Shown here in pieces: positions 1-14,319 of a stretch of 61,813 nt of DNA (positions are counted from its first letter, which is position 1; every line of letters starts with the position of its first letter). This stretch comes from Xylographa opegraphella. Its lineage: Eukaryota. The notes below the pieces were generated by a model that was not told the origin of the DNA, searched no databases, and saw only the letters and a list, made by a program, of their open reading frames with translations. The position numbers and the translations under genes were made by a program. Location of the stretch: positions 124,001-185,813 of the forward strand of contig JALDZX010000043.1 in NCBI GenBank assembly GCA_022813865.1. The letters run 5' to 3'.

Positions 1-2899
1 TCAATCTTGTCAGGGCCTTGCACCCAAAGACATGCGTTGGCGTAGCCCGCGTTAGCTGTCGAACTGCTTGGTAAACCAGCATAAGGCATTGCGTTGCGTT
101 CAAACCAGTAGTATCGATTCCAGAAGCGATCCTTACCGAGCACTCTGGTACGAGGGCAATCGGACTCTCGAAGGTCATTGTCCAGAGTGGCTACCTCTTC
201 CTCGCAATCTTTGATCCGCTCCATCATGTCATCGATCTTCTTCAGCACTTTCTCTAATTGCCTGGCTTGCTTGGTCGGTTTCTTCGCCTTGTCAGCCTCG
301 GCCTTCTCTTTACGATCACGCTCTTCCTCTAACTTCCGCTTGCGTTCAGCCGCGCGGTCATTAGCTCTCCGTAAAGACCTTTGCTGGACGGGTTCTTCGT
401 CCTCTGATTCCATGACTACATCTTCATCTTCCCCTTCATCCGGCTCTTCCACTTTGAGATCTTCCATCTCTTCAAGCTGTTCCAGTTGTGGTATGGGCGA
501 AGTGGCTTCTGGTTGTAAAGTTTTACGCTCTTCATGAAGAATCTTCAGCTCTTCGAGCCTGTTTCAAGTTATTACGATTCATTTGGGAGTTATGGTCACT
601 TACGCTGCCTTCCTAGTCCTCTGCGCCTCAACCTTCTCCTTTCTAAACTGGGTCATTTGGGAAGTACAATCCTCCATATAACCTCGAATAGCTTGTGTTT
701 CTAATGATAACATACATAGAAATTGAAGAATTTTGACCCGCAGGTTGATGTCGAGTTTCGCGTATTGTGAGATGGCGGTCTCCTCCTTGGCACCCATGTT
801 CAGTGGTGCAAGCTGAATGAGAATCTCGTCACATATCTTTCTGAAACGTGAGGTTGCAGTATACAGATTCAATAGGCCAACAACAACAACGATCCACCTA
901 CCATTACAGAAATCCCGCTTCCGCAGACGGTACCTCCAGTTATAACCTTTAACGCACTGGTCAATTTCGGCCCCTCGATGAAGCTTGGCATCTATAGCGA
1001 CTTGAGCCTTCAACTCGGCAGCCTCGATTTTGGCCATACTGCTTCGAGTAGTTCGTGGCTTAACTTCGGGCTCCGGTGTTGGTGTTGGTTCCGAGCTGCT
1101 GCCATGCCGTGAGGATTCATCGTCTGTCTCCTCCTGCAATACTGTTGGTAGAGTGATCTGTACTTGGCCGTTGAGGTCCTTCTCATGATTCACTAGCTTT
1201 TTCAGCACGGCACAATGAACCTCCACAAGTAGCTCGCACTGAACATCTTCTGACGTAAACTGCAATGCTTCAATGTAGTCGTCAAACGTGAAAGAGTCGA
1301 GCACAAACACTTCGCAGTAAACATTCAGGGTATCCCAAGTTTCTAAGAGTGCGCCAACTGACTCCATCTGGATACCACTGCCTGCGCCTTCCGCAGCTTT
1401 ACTAGAGCACGGACCATTGTCGGAAAGATATTTCATTGCTGGACGGGGTGCTACGTTGCGCATAGGCGGCACTTCTAGATCTTCGATTGGATATTTAATT
1501 GGAGGAAGAGGTGGCGTTTTGAGTTGACCTTTGGAAGCGATGAGATGGTAGGCAGGATGTGAGTTGATGACATGGAAGTACTGCTGATCGCTGGGTGTCA
1601 GCACTCCTTGAGGATATCCAGTAGATTGATTCCCAGATAGCGTCTGGTGAATATGCATATATTGTTGCTGCCTGGCAATCTCAATATCGTGCTGTGTGAT
1701 TTTCCCTTTATGGCCTTTGGGCCTAAGCTCAACCAAGGGAGGATGATTATATTGAGAGAATGAGTTTACCAGGCTACCATTGGCCTCTGCCTTTTTCATG
1801 GTTCGAGTGAGCTGATTTTGCGCCTTTTGTTTATCGTAATGCAATTCGTCAGGTACTTGAGTATTTATGCGATACTGCGCGGCCAGCTTGTCCTTGACCT
1901 GCCATGGAGCACCCAACCAAGACTCCCGGTTCAGCGAATTTTTCAGAAACGAGCGTAGCATTTGTTTAGTAAACGTTTTGCGATCTCGAACAAGGTGATC
2001 ACCATCAACAAGAGCCTCCTCATCGGGTCGACTGGTCAGGCTGACAAAGTAACGTGCAAATGCCTTACGTTCAATTGTGCCATCAGGTCTCACAAGCTCC
2101 GGAAATTTGGTTTTCTCGCGAATCGTACCATTTAAGCGGTTACCGTCGTCTAAGATGACAGTCACGTGCTCACCAGGATAGAAATCTTGCTTGAATTTCT
2201 GGCTCGAGGTCAGCGTACATTACGGCCCTTATTGCAAGTTCATACTTCGAAGATGTGATCCACTAGTGTAATGTTAGTCAATAGTAACCTCTGTGAACGT
2301 GGTCGAAAAGTACTGACCCAGGTTGTCTATTCTTGATATGGTAGAAAACTGTACCTTCCTCAAGATGGGATCTCGCAGAGAATCAGGGAAAGAATCGTCA
2401 ACCTCATGAGAGGCTTCGCTCTATCAATTTTCAGCTTGGGAACGCAATCGATCTATTGGTCGGGACAAACCTCGCTCTGCTGGGCAGCAAAGAAATCCAT
2501 TCCGGAGTGGCCAGTTATCTCGCAAATGAATCGTTTCTGCTCTGGATTTCAGCACGTTCCACCTCCGATTGAGATAGACATCGATAATTACTGACTTGGC
2601 TGTAGTAATCCATACTGTCGGGGTCAGCTGTAATCTTTGGGGTGGATGCAGAGCCGGGAGTTACCGTGCCAAGTAATCATTGTAATTAGTGAATACCTCC
2701 TCTGTTGCCTCGATGATCCATATCTGCAATGAATGAGAGACTGCTGCAAGCGTCATAAGACAACAATGGTTGGTAAATACCTCTTGATCTTCGAATATGG
2801 GAGGCCTAGTGGTGTACGTGACAGGCTTGCGCTTGAATAGAACCTGGCGAGATATCAATCTACTGGAGATCTACTGCAGATAGCATAAGGTCTCACCAT
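1..2899 (-). CDS. ITC1: ISW2 chromatin-remodelling complex subunit Itc1 (WAC + DDT + WHIM domains); multi-exon, 3' end runs off the window
   Basis: ATG at 2899 is followed directly by a GTGAGA donor; exon 2 reads VLFKRKPV (WAC N-terminus). ORF 600..2165 has RDRKTFTKQMLRSFLKNSLNRESWLGAPWQVK and the DDT motif LLETWDTLNVYCEVFVLDSFTFDDY. The region near 60-150 reads LGKDRFWNRYYWFERN. Confidence 0.88.
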
Positions 2900-3913
2900 C
2901 GCGGCAGCTCCGGTATTGGCTGCTTCTCGAGATGCCGGCGCAGCCTTCTACCTACTTGAGGAAGACCAGTCTGAATATCCGCTGTTTTCAGTCAACCCCT
3001 GTTGTTCATTCGCTTTAGGGTTATTATCAAGCCACAAGGACATAACATGTTTCATACACAGTCGATAGATATGCTGAAAAATACATGCAAGACGCAATTC
3101 ACCAGAACGGTTACGCAAGCCAGGTGAACCATAATTGTAGTGGATTGAGATGTATCAACATGGAAACACTCACATAAGCGACTGTTCACGCGTCTTAGGG
3201 TTAGCGGCCGTGATTGCGAGATGCCTAGAGATAGGGGTCGCTTTCTGGGGTTGGTGGTTGATGGGACAGAGAAGGTGAAAGACAAGGTGTCGTGAGAAAG
3301 AGGAGAAGCAGGTAAAGTCTTCAAAATGCATCGGCCCTGGACCACAAGGGTGGAAATCCAGGGCCTATCAGCCCATAACGGACTAGCCGCCATCGGTAAG
3401 TTTAAATAGCAGCACGCTAAGGAACTTCACTCTCGTTTCTGTGTCCCGACTGCGCATTTACCCACGCATCGTAGTGGAGCAACGCGAGCAGCACATGCTA
3501 CTTATTGGAGTCGTTCGAAGGCTCTGGTTATGGGGATTCCGGCCTGGGGATAGCATGGGCTATTGCTTACCGATCGGCCAATTCACGTTGCTGAAATGCC
3601 AATCGCTTCCTGATTGCACCATCCAGGTGCATTCAATCTCGACAACGACGTTGATCTACAAATAGCTTATCATTATAGCCTAACAATGGTGCAGAGCTTC
3701 CTGCCTAACGGGCATCTGCATGGGCATTTAGCACTTGGGTCGGGGCGATGGGAGAAAAGTATAGTGATTTTGAGGCTGTCTTCCTAGATTGACAAGATTA
3801 GATTGTTCGTTGTCGTCAGTGTCCCGCTTCACATGCAGCCTTCGTGCCAACTCGTCGTGTAATACCATCGTTTTGGACTAGTTTCTGTTCAATACGAAAT
3901 AGGGGTATCTCCG

Positions 3914-5684
3914 CTATGATGTAAAATAAACCACCATAAATCCCACCCAGCTCCCAAAAACTCCAACTGCCGAATATGAACTGATGAACATCAGTGGTAA
4001 GAATTCCAACTTCTGACCGAACACTAGCCCGTGTACCAGCGAGCAGTAAACAATCAAGGGAACTGCAATGGTAATGTACAAAAGAGAGAAGCGGTCCAGC
4101 AGAAATACTCTCGGTCGGTCTGAAGGAGGTGCCAGGCGGTCGAAGGCGATCAAGAACAAGACCAGCCAGAAAATGGTATAGATGGTCTTGATTGGAAACT
4201 CTGCTGCAGTGAATAATAACGGAAACAGGGACACATGGCCTGCAACGGCCAAAGGCCGAAATGCACCCAGGTATCTTCGATTCTTTAGCGCAACCAAGCT
4301 AAAAGGGATGATCACCAGAAGGATCGCTTTCTCATGAACATGCCAGCCAAATAAGAATGATGCATATCCACAAAGAGTAACCGCCCCGATGAAAGCGTCC
4401 CAGCTGGGCTGGACAGTCAGCTTGAGTAAGCTTATCTGTGCAGGATTAGTAACACTCAGGGTAGACAGCTATTAAGACCGCCACTTACTAGCTGGAAACC
4501 GAGAGTCAAGATGAATGTTGTCCTTGGAGATATTTCTGGTAGGACTGCAAATGACGTGTCACCTATAAGACCACGAGTCACACTATTGATGGCCGCTCTA
4601 TTGACACGCAATCCGAGGCGTGGAGCAGCTGAAGGATATCAGCAACAGCCAAAAAAGCATCTGAAGCGGCTTACCATAAATAAGCACTCTGTCAACAAAC
4701 GAGTACATTGCCCACACATTCGGTGCCCAATAAGCATGGCAAAGTCCTCGTGAAAAGGGGAACAATCGACTGAGCAACTGATCTGATTGACCAAGATATA
4801 TGAACGGACCGAAAGCAAGTCCAAACATGATAGCTAATCCAGTACCCAGTTTGATGCAGTTGTACAACCTGATGCGAAAAACCGATTTCTGGCTCAGACA
4901 GTACGCTCGAAGAAGGTAAGCAAAGTAGGCTGGCGCTAGGTAAAGGTATATATGCTTCAAGCAGAGTAAGACCGCGAACAGAATGCCACTCCACAACATG
5001 GTCGACTGCTTTCGAGCAAGGACAAGAGACAGCACCAAGACGCCATAGAGGAAACCATTGTACTGGAAGTGAATGTGGTCGATGATCAAGAGGCCCGGGG
5101 AAAGTAGTATGGAGAGTGCAGCCGCATGCGAATGATGCTTCGAGGTAAATGGTGAAGTCCGCACAAATCTAAACCGGTATTTAGCCTCGAGGTAGGGCCA
5201 GCAAGCTACGGAGATCTCACTTCTGCAAGGCGTAGACAAGCACAAGTTCCGTAATAATCACTGTCATCCGCTGGAAACAGAGTGTTTGCCAACTATCATA
5301 GCCAAGGTTCTGTACTTCCAGCATTCGTCGGTCTGCATATTGGGCAAACCGAGACAGGAAACTCTCAAAGTGCGCAAAGAAAGGCGGATAGTCAAGAGTC
5401 CATTCTGAGGTATTCTAGGAGCGACGGATTAATTGAGGATCAAATGTGGCGGGGATTTGGCACTGCACTAACCTCATAATACCACTTTTGGAGCGGTAAC
5501 GAATAGGTGATGGCCAGCCAGTTACGATGGACTTCAAAGTCGGTTGATTTGCTACGACGCCGTCAGCATGGCATCTTAGCTGGCCTATCATCAAGAGCTT
5601 CGCGTACTATGCAGGAAAGAGCAACGTTTTGAAAGCTGCGGCAACGACGGCGCATTGAGTTATCGTGGGGTACAAGCCAGCCAT
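3914..5684 (-). CDS. ALG8: Dolichyl-pyrophosphate Glc1Man9GlcNAc2 alpha-1,3-glucosyltransferase; multi-exon
   Basis: Spliced exons give [66 protein letters not shown] and [12 protein letters not shown] (ALG6/ALG8 family). Stop at 3914. Confidence 0.92.
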
Positions 5685-6250
5685 GAGGCACTCAGACGCG
5701 AGATATGACGGAAATCGTGGACATGCAGCTGAAACGGACGAGTGACGTCCACGTTCGAGAAGGTCGCTAGAAGCCCCGTCTTTCGCGACCAGGACTAGGA
5801 CAGTTAGGACTAGGTAGGTACCTAAGGTAACCTTGTGCTGCGGCAACGGAGCTACCCCCTGTTCGTGCGCCGGGCCAGCTAAATCGTCAATGAAGAAGAA
5901 GCCACCTCACTGATGGATTGCTCGTCTGATGTTATTGTGCGCCGTGCGGTAGGCTTCACGACTTTGGACGTTGAGCATTCGTTGGACATATCTTCTTCTA
6001 CGTTGCCATTGACTAAAGAGTCACGCTTTCGTGTGATCGCCATTGCTGCCGCCACGAGTGTGCTAAACTTTCGGTGTACCGGGAATTCTTCTCTGTAGAA
6101 ACATTCTTTCCAAGACAAACGAGTACAGACAATCCTTGCTAGTGGTGCTTCATCTGTCGCACGTTATCGAGAATCTTGCGGTGCTTTGACCAGCACGTGT
6201 TTGTTGGCTTCGCACGCCGAGCTTCGGCTTGGAGTCAATCTCCGGGCACG

Positions 6251-7859
6251 ATGAGGTTCATTGTCTGCACACTGTTTCTCTTATCTTTAACACAGGCGCA
6301 GTATATCATCGACGGTGCAAGTTTCGGACACAGAAATGGGTGAGCAAGCCCAGCGTTTCCCACACTTATTCTGATCTGAATATGATACAGGAGGATTTCG
6401 GAAAGTAGGCATCAGATACGAGGATGGAGTCATCGTGGAGACGGACATGTGCCACAGATTGTGCGTTGTATTCGTGGTCGCAGGATGCCACCTACTAATA
6501 CGTGGTAGATGACTGACAAAATTATCCTAACACCTCCATATCCTGGGAATAAGAGAGGTTCGTTATGGACAGATGTGAAGTGAGCTACATATTATGGGAT
6601 GGAATGATGAGGTTGGGACTAAGTCTGCGTCAGGGTTTCGCAACGAGAATGGATAGCTGATTTCGAATTTCGGGTCACCGGGCCTGAGCATGGAGGCGGC
6701 AATCTTCAATTGTGGTACACTAAGGAAGGCCGACCTGGTATTGGGACTTCAAGCGTGTATACGGTGGAGAAATTCGAAGGCCTTGTTCTGGTCATAGATA
6801 TGTATGGTGGCCAGGTAAGCCCGGGGTCGAGAGGTTCTTTTCTTGCAAGAGGATAAATTTCTAATCTAATTGATGCGTCTAGGCAGGTAGCATAAGGGGC
6901 TTCCTCAACGACGGAACTACGGATTTCAAAAATCATCACCATCTCGAATCTCTCGCGTTCGGCCATTGCGATTATTCTTATCGGAATCTTGGCCGCCCAT
7001 CGAAACTACAGCTTAAACAAGATAGCAGCGGCTTCGAGGTCAACGTTGATGGTAATTTATGCTTCAGGAGCGACAAGGTCAGTCCGGATTAGTTCTTTCA
7101 GTTCCTTTCACGGCCCACTCCCTCCCCAAGTCGTTCAAACACTCGAGGTTCCTCTCGGTTAATCTTCGTCCGTTATAGGTCCTTCTACCTTCGGAAAACT
7201 ATTTTGGCATCACCGCAGCTTCGTCTGACACGCCCGACAGTTTCGAGATCTATAAATTTGTTCTCTCCACCACCGCGACCTATACGCGTGAAGAACCCCG
7301 CCGTGTGCCTCCGCCGCCTGCCCAACAACAGCAACAACAGCAACCAGAACAACAAGCAGAACTTGGGCAGGATACAATTCCACCCATAGGGCAGATCTTA
7401 AAACCTCCATCGGCTCCTCAACAGCAACCCTCCGCGGACTTCGCCGCTCTTCAAGATCAACTGACTTCTGCGTCGGTCTCTCTATCCATCTTATCGTCCA
7501 CTCTGATCTCTCGGCTGGACAGCCTTTCCGCTCTCGTGGCGACCGCGGAGCGGCAGCGTGTACTCGATGGGCGGCTAGCTGCCTTAGAGAATCAACTTGG
7601 GGAGCTCAAGCAGACAATCGCTCTGGCTGGGAAAGACACGGGAGGAAAGTTTGAGGAGATGCATGCGAAGATTGGAGAGCGACATGATGCGCTGCTGGAA
7701 GGATTGCAAGAGCGGGTTGGACATCTACTTACTGCAGGCGGAAAGAAGAGAAGCTGGGGATTCTTGATGCTGATGGTGGTACTCGTCCAGGTTGGTGGGC
7801 TGGCAGGATATTGGTATTACAGGAAACGTAGGGACGGAACAGTGAAGAAATACTTATGA
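6251..7859 (+). CDS. L-type (legume-like) lectin ER-Golgi cargo receptor, Emp46/47/VIP36-like; multi-exon
   Basis: Signal peptide MRFIVCTLFLLSLTQA; exon fragments ILTPPYPGNKRGSLW, DFEFRVTG..GGNLQLWY, GIRGFLNDG, FGHCDYSYRNLG; Q-rich coiled region; C-terminal TM ending in a KKYL dilysine motif. Confidence 0.8.
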
Positions 7860-8677
7860 ATGAAAAAGTCAAGCCCCGAGATCGATGTACATATTTATGT
7901 ATTGAAATTGGAGTTGACAGCGATTCTGTGCACTTGTTATAAATGTTCCAGGCGACGGCCATTGGAAAGGTAAAAGCGCTACAGAAAGCGCAAATTGCAA
8001 TTTTCTTATTCTTCTTGATGATATCCAACACCGTGTGGCCACAGATAGCCTTTGTGGTCGGATATAGTGAATGCCAATTGAAAGGAAAACTGCCACAAAC
8101 CCATGCTCGGTGGCTTGGTTCACAGTCACGTTGAACAAAGGCCTAGTATCTGCAACTTTGAAGATTTGATATGGACCGCAACCGAACCAACAGCGGATTT
8201 TCGAATAGTTGTGGTGACTCGACGGGGGTTACTTTGAGCTTGGTTGCCCGTTGCAGGGACCGCTTGCACTATGCGTCTCGACCTCAGAACATAATATGGG
8301 ATAGTGAAATCGACTGACTTCCATGGCCGATGTTGTTGGCTGTCGTTCTGAAGAGAACATGTCACCCATGGCACGATCGTTATTGCTGGTCATGACGCTG
8401 TGGAACTGCTCACCAGTGCTCTCAACTGTGCGAGCGATGGTCTGAGAATGATCAGCATCCTTGCACACTGACGACGATAACTGTCAAAGTTCTCTCATAT
8501 CGTCTGTCATTCTGGCAGTTGAACCATTCGTTTCTTTAAAGACGCGTTCGGCATAAAGGAGGCAGTCGCAATACTCCAGGTTCCGCGAGTCTTTGCTCTG
8601 TAAGTCTGTAGTCGTAGCAGGACCTTCACATCAACCCCTTCGCTTTTCGGCCGTCAAGCTCGCCCAACATGTCTTGA

Positions 8678-9173
8678 TCACTTGGCGGAAAACTTTTGTC
8701 CTTGCACGACGGGAACGCCGCCGGAAGGCTTCTCCTTGCTCAGACTTTTCCCACACATAGCACATGCTTCAACATTTCTCAGCCAGATGATCACTCCCAC
8801 TTCGTATCGAGTCTTCGGATTTCTTACCGTTCGCTTTGTACGCGCACTTATGACAATAAGTCCTCCCATGTTCAGTCTTGGTCTTGCATGTTGTGCATGA
8901 GCTAGCATACGCAGCGTAAGGGTTCTTGGCACCTTTGCTCAGAAGCTTGTTCTATCGATCTCGTCCTCAGTTCCCGTTTCCAATATGCAGAGGCTGATTG
9001 CGACGTACCTTGCCAATACCCGTGTTACCTAGAGTGGCGGAGGTCTTGCTTTTGCCTGCGCTGCTACTGGCCGATGCAGTCGGGGATCCGTAGTAGATAT
9101 CATTTTTGCGCTTCACGCCGGGGGTGGCGAGCTCGGTTTTCTGAAGCGTCTTCTGGCACTTGGCGCAGACCAT
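8678..9173 (-). CDS. CRIPT: CRIPT-like cysteine-rich PDZ-binding protein (3 exons)
   Basis: MVCAKCQK..LATPGVKRK...GIGK/NKLL..KNPYAAY..CTTCK..YCHKCAYKANACAMCGK, with four CxxC pairs. Confidence 0.88.
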
Positions 9174-9755
9174 CTCGTAGAAACAGACAAAGCTTATAGA
9201 TGGTGAAAGTTGGGAAGTGGAGCCTGATGATCTGTGTGGCTTGGCAGTGATTAGGATTTGATGCTAAACTTAGGGAGTGTGGCTCGTGAAGCTTCAGGCC
9301 AAAGAAGCCCCTGTGTATCAAAAGCTGAAACTCGTCCGGAAGCCGAATTACTGAATGGTCGTATATCGGAGGTATCGGCCAGAGCATATGAAGTACATGG
9401 ATTTCAACGGAGTGTCAAGGTGAGTAATGGAGGCGAGTCAACCAGAAACTCGTACGTGAGTAAGTGAACATAAGGTGTGGCTGGTGAAGGGGTGTCGTAA
9501 GTTTATTAGTTAGGATTGATTACTGCGGCTCCCCGGCCTCGCATAAACGTGTGGATTGCTGCTGCGGTACCCTCCCTGGTAAGCTCACCAGACACAACTC
9601 CCACCTCATACCAATTCACCTCAACAGACCTCTCGGTCCTCGAATTCTCTTCCGAACGTGCCTCACCGTCAGCTCATCTTTTCCATCCGCTACTACTGCT
9701 CTGGCTCTGGAAGGCATAGCACTGGCTTCACTCTGGCGCGCGAAGCTTGACCGGC

Positions 9756-12700
9756 ATGGCAGGCATGCCACCGGGAGCGCATCGAGGGCGAAGCGTCACG
9801 AATGACGGTCTGTTATTGGATTTGGACGATTCAAATCCGTTATACAATGATGGGCGACCTCCGCCTGTGACTGACGGCGAACTACTGCATGAGTATAACA
9901 TCGACGACTCTGAAGTTCCCCAGCCTAGACCCTCAACTTCTTATGATGACTTCGTCGGCTCCCGCAACTCTCACACAGCGTTACCAGGAGGACCGGGTGC
10001 GCCGCCTGCGGGACGCTCACAGCCACCCTATCTCAGTGCCGGCAATGATCGCACCTATTCACAATCTTCCGGCCTCAATAATTACCAACGGTACACCGAC
10101 ATTGACGACTATCCTGATGATGACCGGAGCTATTATCAGAATGGGGGAGCTGGAGATGGCAGTGGCACTCCCGGTATAAACGTTATGGGAGGAGGGCGGC
10201 AGCGAAATAGCGTCCTCAGTATGGGTGGGGGCTTGGTAGGAAGAGCGAAGGTCATGCTGGGGATGGCGCCAAAATACTCGGAGATGGATCTGCCATTGAC
10301 TGAGCCTGGACTTACTGGCAATCGTATGGACAGCGGTTCATCTGAGGGGCCAGGCAAAAGTTCTGAGCACAAGAGATTTGATGCTGGCAACTTCAAATTT
10401 GGCTTCGGACGGGGGAAGCCGGACCCCTCTACTTTGGGTCCGAGATTGATACATCTCAATAACCCACCTGCCAACGCTATCAACAAGTTCGTTAACAATC
10501 ATGTTTCTACTGCCAAATACAACATTGCTACCTTTGTGCCCAAATTTCTCTTCGAGCAATTCACCAAATACGCCAATCTGTTCTTCTTATTCACTGCCGG
10601 TTTGCAACAAATACCGAACATATCACCTACGAATCGATATACAACAGTTGTCCCCCTCGGAATAGTCCTTTTGGTTTCGGCAGCCAAGGAATTGGTGGAA
10701 GATTACAAACGGAAGAACTCTGATAAGACGCTGAATTACTCCAAAGCAAAGGTTTTGAGAGGGAATGACTTCGAGACCGCAAGGTGGGATAGGGTAGCCG
10801 TGGGAGATATTGTGCGAGTCGAATCCGAAGAGCCATTTCCCGCGGATCTGGTGCTGCTTGCAAGCTCTGAACCGGAAGGCTTGTGCTACATTGAGACAGC
10901 GAACCTGGATGGAGAGACGAATCTTAAAATCAAGCAGGCTATCCCCGAGACCGCTTCTCTAGTCAGCCCTAACGAGCTTAGCCGTCTTACTGGCCGAGTT
11001 CGTTCGGAACAGCCGAATAGCAGTCTCTATACCTATGAGGCAACATTGACAATGCAAGCTGGTGGCGGAGAGAAAGAACTATCACTGGCACCGGATCAAC
11101 TCCTTCTACGAGGAGCGACGCTTCGAAATACCCCTTGGGTCCATGGGATAGTTGTTTTTACAGGCCACGAGACGAAGCTACTGCGGAATGCTACTGCGAC
11201 TCCAATCAAGAGAACGGCGGTTGAACGGCAGCTCAACCTGCAGATTGTGATGCTGGTTGGTATATTATTATGCCTAAGCATTGTCAGTTCCGTCGGAGAC
11301 CTCATCTTGAGGGGCAGTTCGGCAACGGAGTTTGCCTACCTGTACAACGGCCCTACCAGTTACGCTTCTCAGTTCTTCCTCGATATTCTCACCTACTGGG
11401 TCCTTTACTCAAATTTGGTTCCAATATCACTTTTCGTGACCGTAGAAGGTGTCAAATATTATCACGCTTTTTTGATCAATTCCGACCTCGATATCTATTA
11501 CGATACGACTGACACCGCTGCAATTTGCCGAACATCATCCCTTGTCGAAGAGCTGGGACAGATTGACTATATCTTCTCCGATAAAACCGGAACACTGACA
11601 TGTAACATGATGGAGTTTAAGCAGTGCTCCATCGGAGGCATTCAATATGCTGACGATGTCCCTGAGGACAAACGTGCGGTTGATCAAGATGGGCCAGGAG
11701 TGTACGACTTCAACAGGCTACGTGAAAATCTCAAGACACACGAAAGTCGGACAGAGATAGAGCACTTTCTTGCTCTTTTGGCCACTTGCCACACCGTTAT
11801 ACCGGAACGAAAAGATGAGAAAATAGAAGATATCAAGTATCAAGCAGCCTCACCGGACGAAGGCGCCTTGGTAGAAGGTGCGGCTATGCTTGGCTATAGG
11901 TTCATTGCAAGGAAACCGCGAGCGGTGCGGATTCTGGTTGAGGGCCAAGAACTCGAGTACGAACTTTTGGCTGTCCTTGAATTCAACTCAACTCGAAAAC
12001 GAATGTCTACTGTTCTGAGATGTCCAGATGGCAAGGTCCGGGTATATTGCAAGGGAGCGGACACAGTTATAATGGAACGACTTGGCGCAAACAATCCCAT
12101 CTCTGAAATTACTCTGCAGCACTTGGAGGACTACGCCACTGAAGGTCTTCGAACTCTATGTCTTGCCATGCGAGAAATACCCGAACAGGAATTCAGGCAG
12201 TGGTGGCAAATATTTGAAAAAGCAAACACCACAGTCAGTGGAAGTCGGGCGGAAGAGCTGGACAAAGCAGCAGAACTGATCGAACATGGCTTTGTCTTGC
12301 TAGGCGCCACGGCCATCGAAGACAAACTGCAGGACGGTGTTCCGGAGACGATACATACACTGCAGACTGCCGGAATCAAAGTCTGGGTGCTTACTGGGGA
12401 TCGGCAAGAGACTGCGATCAATATTGGAATGAGCTGCAAGCTACTAAGTGAAGACATGACTTTGTTGATCGTGAACGAGTCCACCGCCTCAGACACAAGA
12501 GACAATATCTCGAAAAAGTTGAATGCAATACGGAGCCAAAACGCAGGTAATATGGAGATGGAAACGCTTGCGTTAGTGATCGATGGCAGGTCCTTGACAT
12601 TTGCGCTCGAGAAGGATATGGAAAAGATGTTCTTGGATCTGGCGGTAATGTGCAAAGCTGTGTTATGCTGGTAAGTCGAGCTCTCGGGCGTTGATGAAGC

Positions 12701-13941
12701 CTTCTAATAAATGTAGTCGGGTATCACCGCTCCAGAAGGCGTTGGTCGTCAAGCTGGTAAAACGTAACCTGAAGGCTATCCTGCTTGCGATTGGAGATGG
12801 TGCCAACGATGTCTCTATGATTCAAGCAGCTCATATTGGGGTAGGTATAAGTGGTGTAGAAGGACTACAGGCTGCGAGAAGCGCCGATATTGCGATCGCC
12901 CAGTTCCGCTTCCTGCGTAAACTCTTACTCGTTCATGGAGCGTGGAGTTATCAGCGAATCTCCAAAGTCATCCTGTATTCGTTCTACAAGAACGTAGCGT
13001 TGTACATGACGCAATTCTGGGTGAGCTACAAGCATGTGGTTGATCACTGCTAGAAATGCTGACCGGGAATCCAGTATTCCTTCCAAAATGTCTTTTCTGG
13101 CGAGGTCATATTCGAGTCCTGGACTTTATCCTTCTACAACGTGTTTTTCACGGTTTTCCCTCCAATTGCGATGGGAATCTTCGACCAATTTGTGTCGGCT
13201 CGCCTTCTCGATCGCTACCCACAGCTTTATCAGCTCGGGCAGAAAGGGGTTTTTTTTAAGATGCATTCCTTTTGGGCCTGGGTGCTGAACGGCTTTTTCC
13301 ACTCTCTTCTATTGTACCTCTGGTCGGAAGCCATATGGTATTGGGACCTTCCGCAAAGTGACGGCTTGGTAGCCGGTCATTGGGTGTGGGGTACCGCTCT
13401 TTATACAGCGGCGCTCGTCACCGTTCTCGGGAAAGCAGCGCTCATCACGAACACTTGGACCAAGTGGACCTTCTTAGCTATACCTGGGAGTTTGGTGATC
13501 TGGCTGATATTCATTCCGATTTACGGCACCGTTGCACCTATGCTCAACTTCTCGACAGAGTACAACGGTGTTATCCCACGTCTCTTCACTTCGCCGGTTT
13601 TTTGGCTGATGGTCACGGTGGTGCCCGTCTTCTGCCTCTTGCGCGACATTTCTTGGAAGTATTACAAACGCATGTACAGACCACAAGCCTACCACCACGT
13701 CCAAGAAATACAAAAGTACAATATTCAGGACTATAGACCGAGGATGGAGCAATTCCAAAAGGCGATACGGAAGGTCCGGCAGGTGCAACGGATGCGGAAG
13801 CAACGGGGTTATGCTTTCAGTCAAGCGGACGAGAGCCAGACGCGGGTGCTACAGGCGTACGATACGACGAGGGAACGAGGACGGTATGGAGAGATGGCAA
13901 GTTCGAGACCGGGAATGGAGCGGGCCAAGTCCAAGAGGTAG
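9756..13941 (+). CDS. DRS2: P4-type ATPase aminophospholipid flippase; introns 12671-12716 and 13021-13074
   Basis: DGETNLK, DKTGTLT phosphorylation site, KGAD, TGDRQET and GDGANDVSM motifs, plus the C-terminal RGYAFSQ autoinhibitory motif of Drs2/ATP8A. Confidence 0.95.
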
Positions 13942-14319
13942 GGGGATTAGGCTACAGTAGCGAAAAGGGGATGATTCGATTTGTACATGATACTCGTGGG
14001 ACGGAGGGGCGTTTTCGATGTAGCCGTTGGGCATTCCATGTCATTATGCGACGGGATGTAAAGCATCGGCGCTCAGGCAGGGAGTCTTGTGGCATAAGCT
14101 TCGTTCTCCTTTCCAAACTTCCGCAATCTTCATGCCTTCACGGTCGCTTTTCACGACATGCATGTGTTTCGTGGTGCAAGTTCTGTGGCATGTTGTGTCT
14201 TCTCCAGCACTTTCCTGGTTACATGATGCAATGAGTGAAGCGGGGAAGCTCTCGATAAGCACTTCCCTCCCGACTCTGTCGCTCGCCTTCACTCCGCTCC
14301 CACCGCCGCCGCCCATACG

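Noticed and set aside
3014..3206. TTAGGG telomere-like hexamers upstream of ITC1
   Set aside because: Only isolated one- to two-unit occurrences, not an array.
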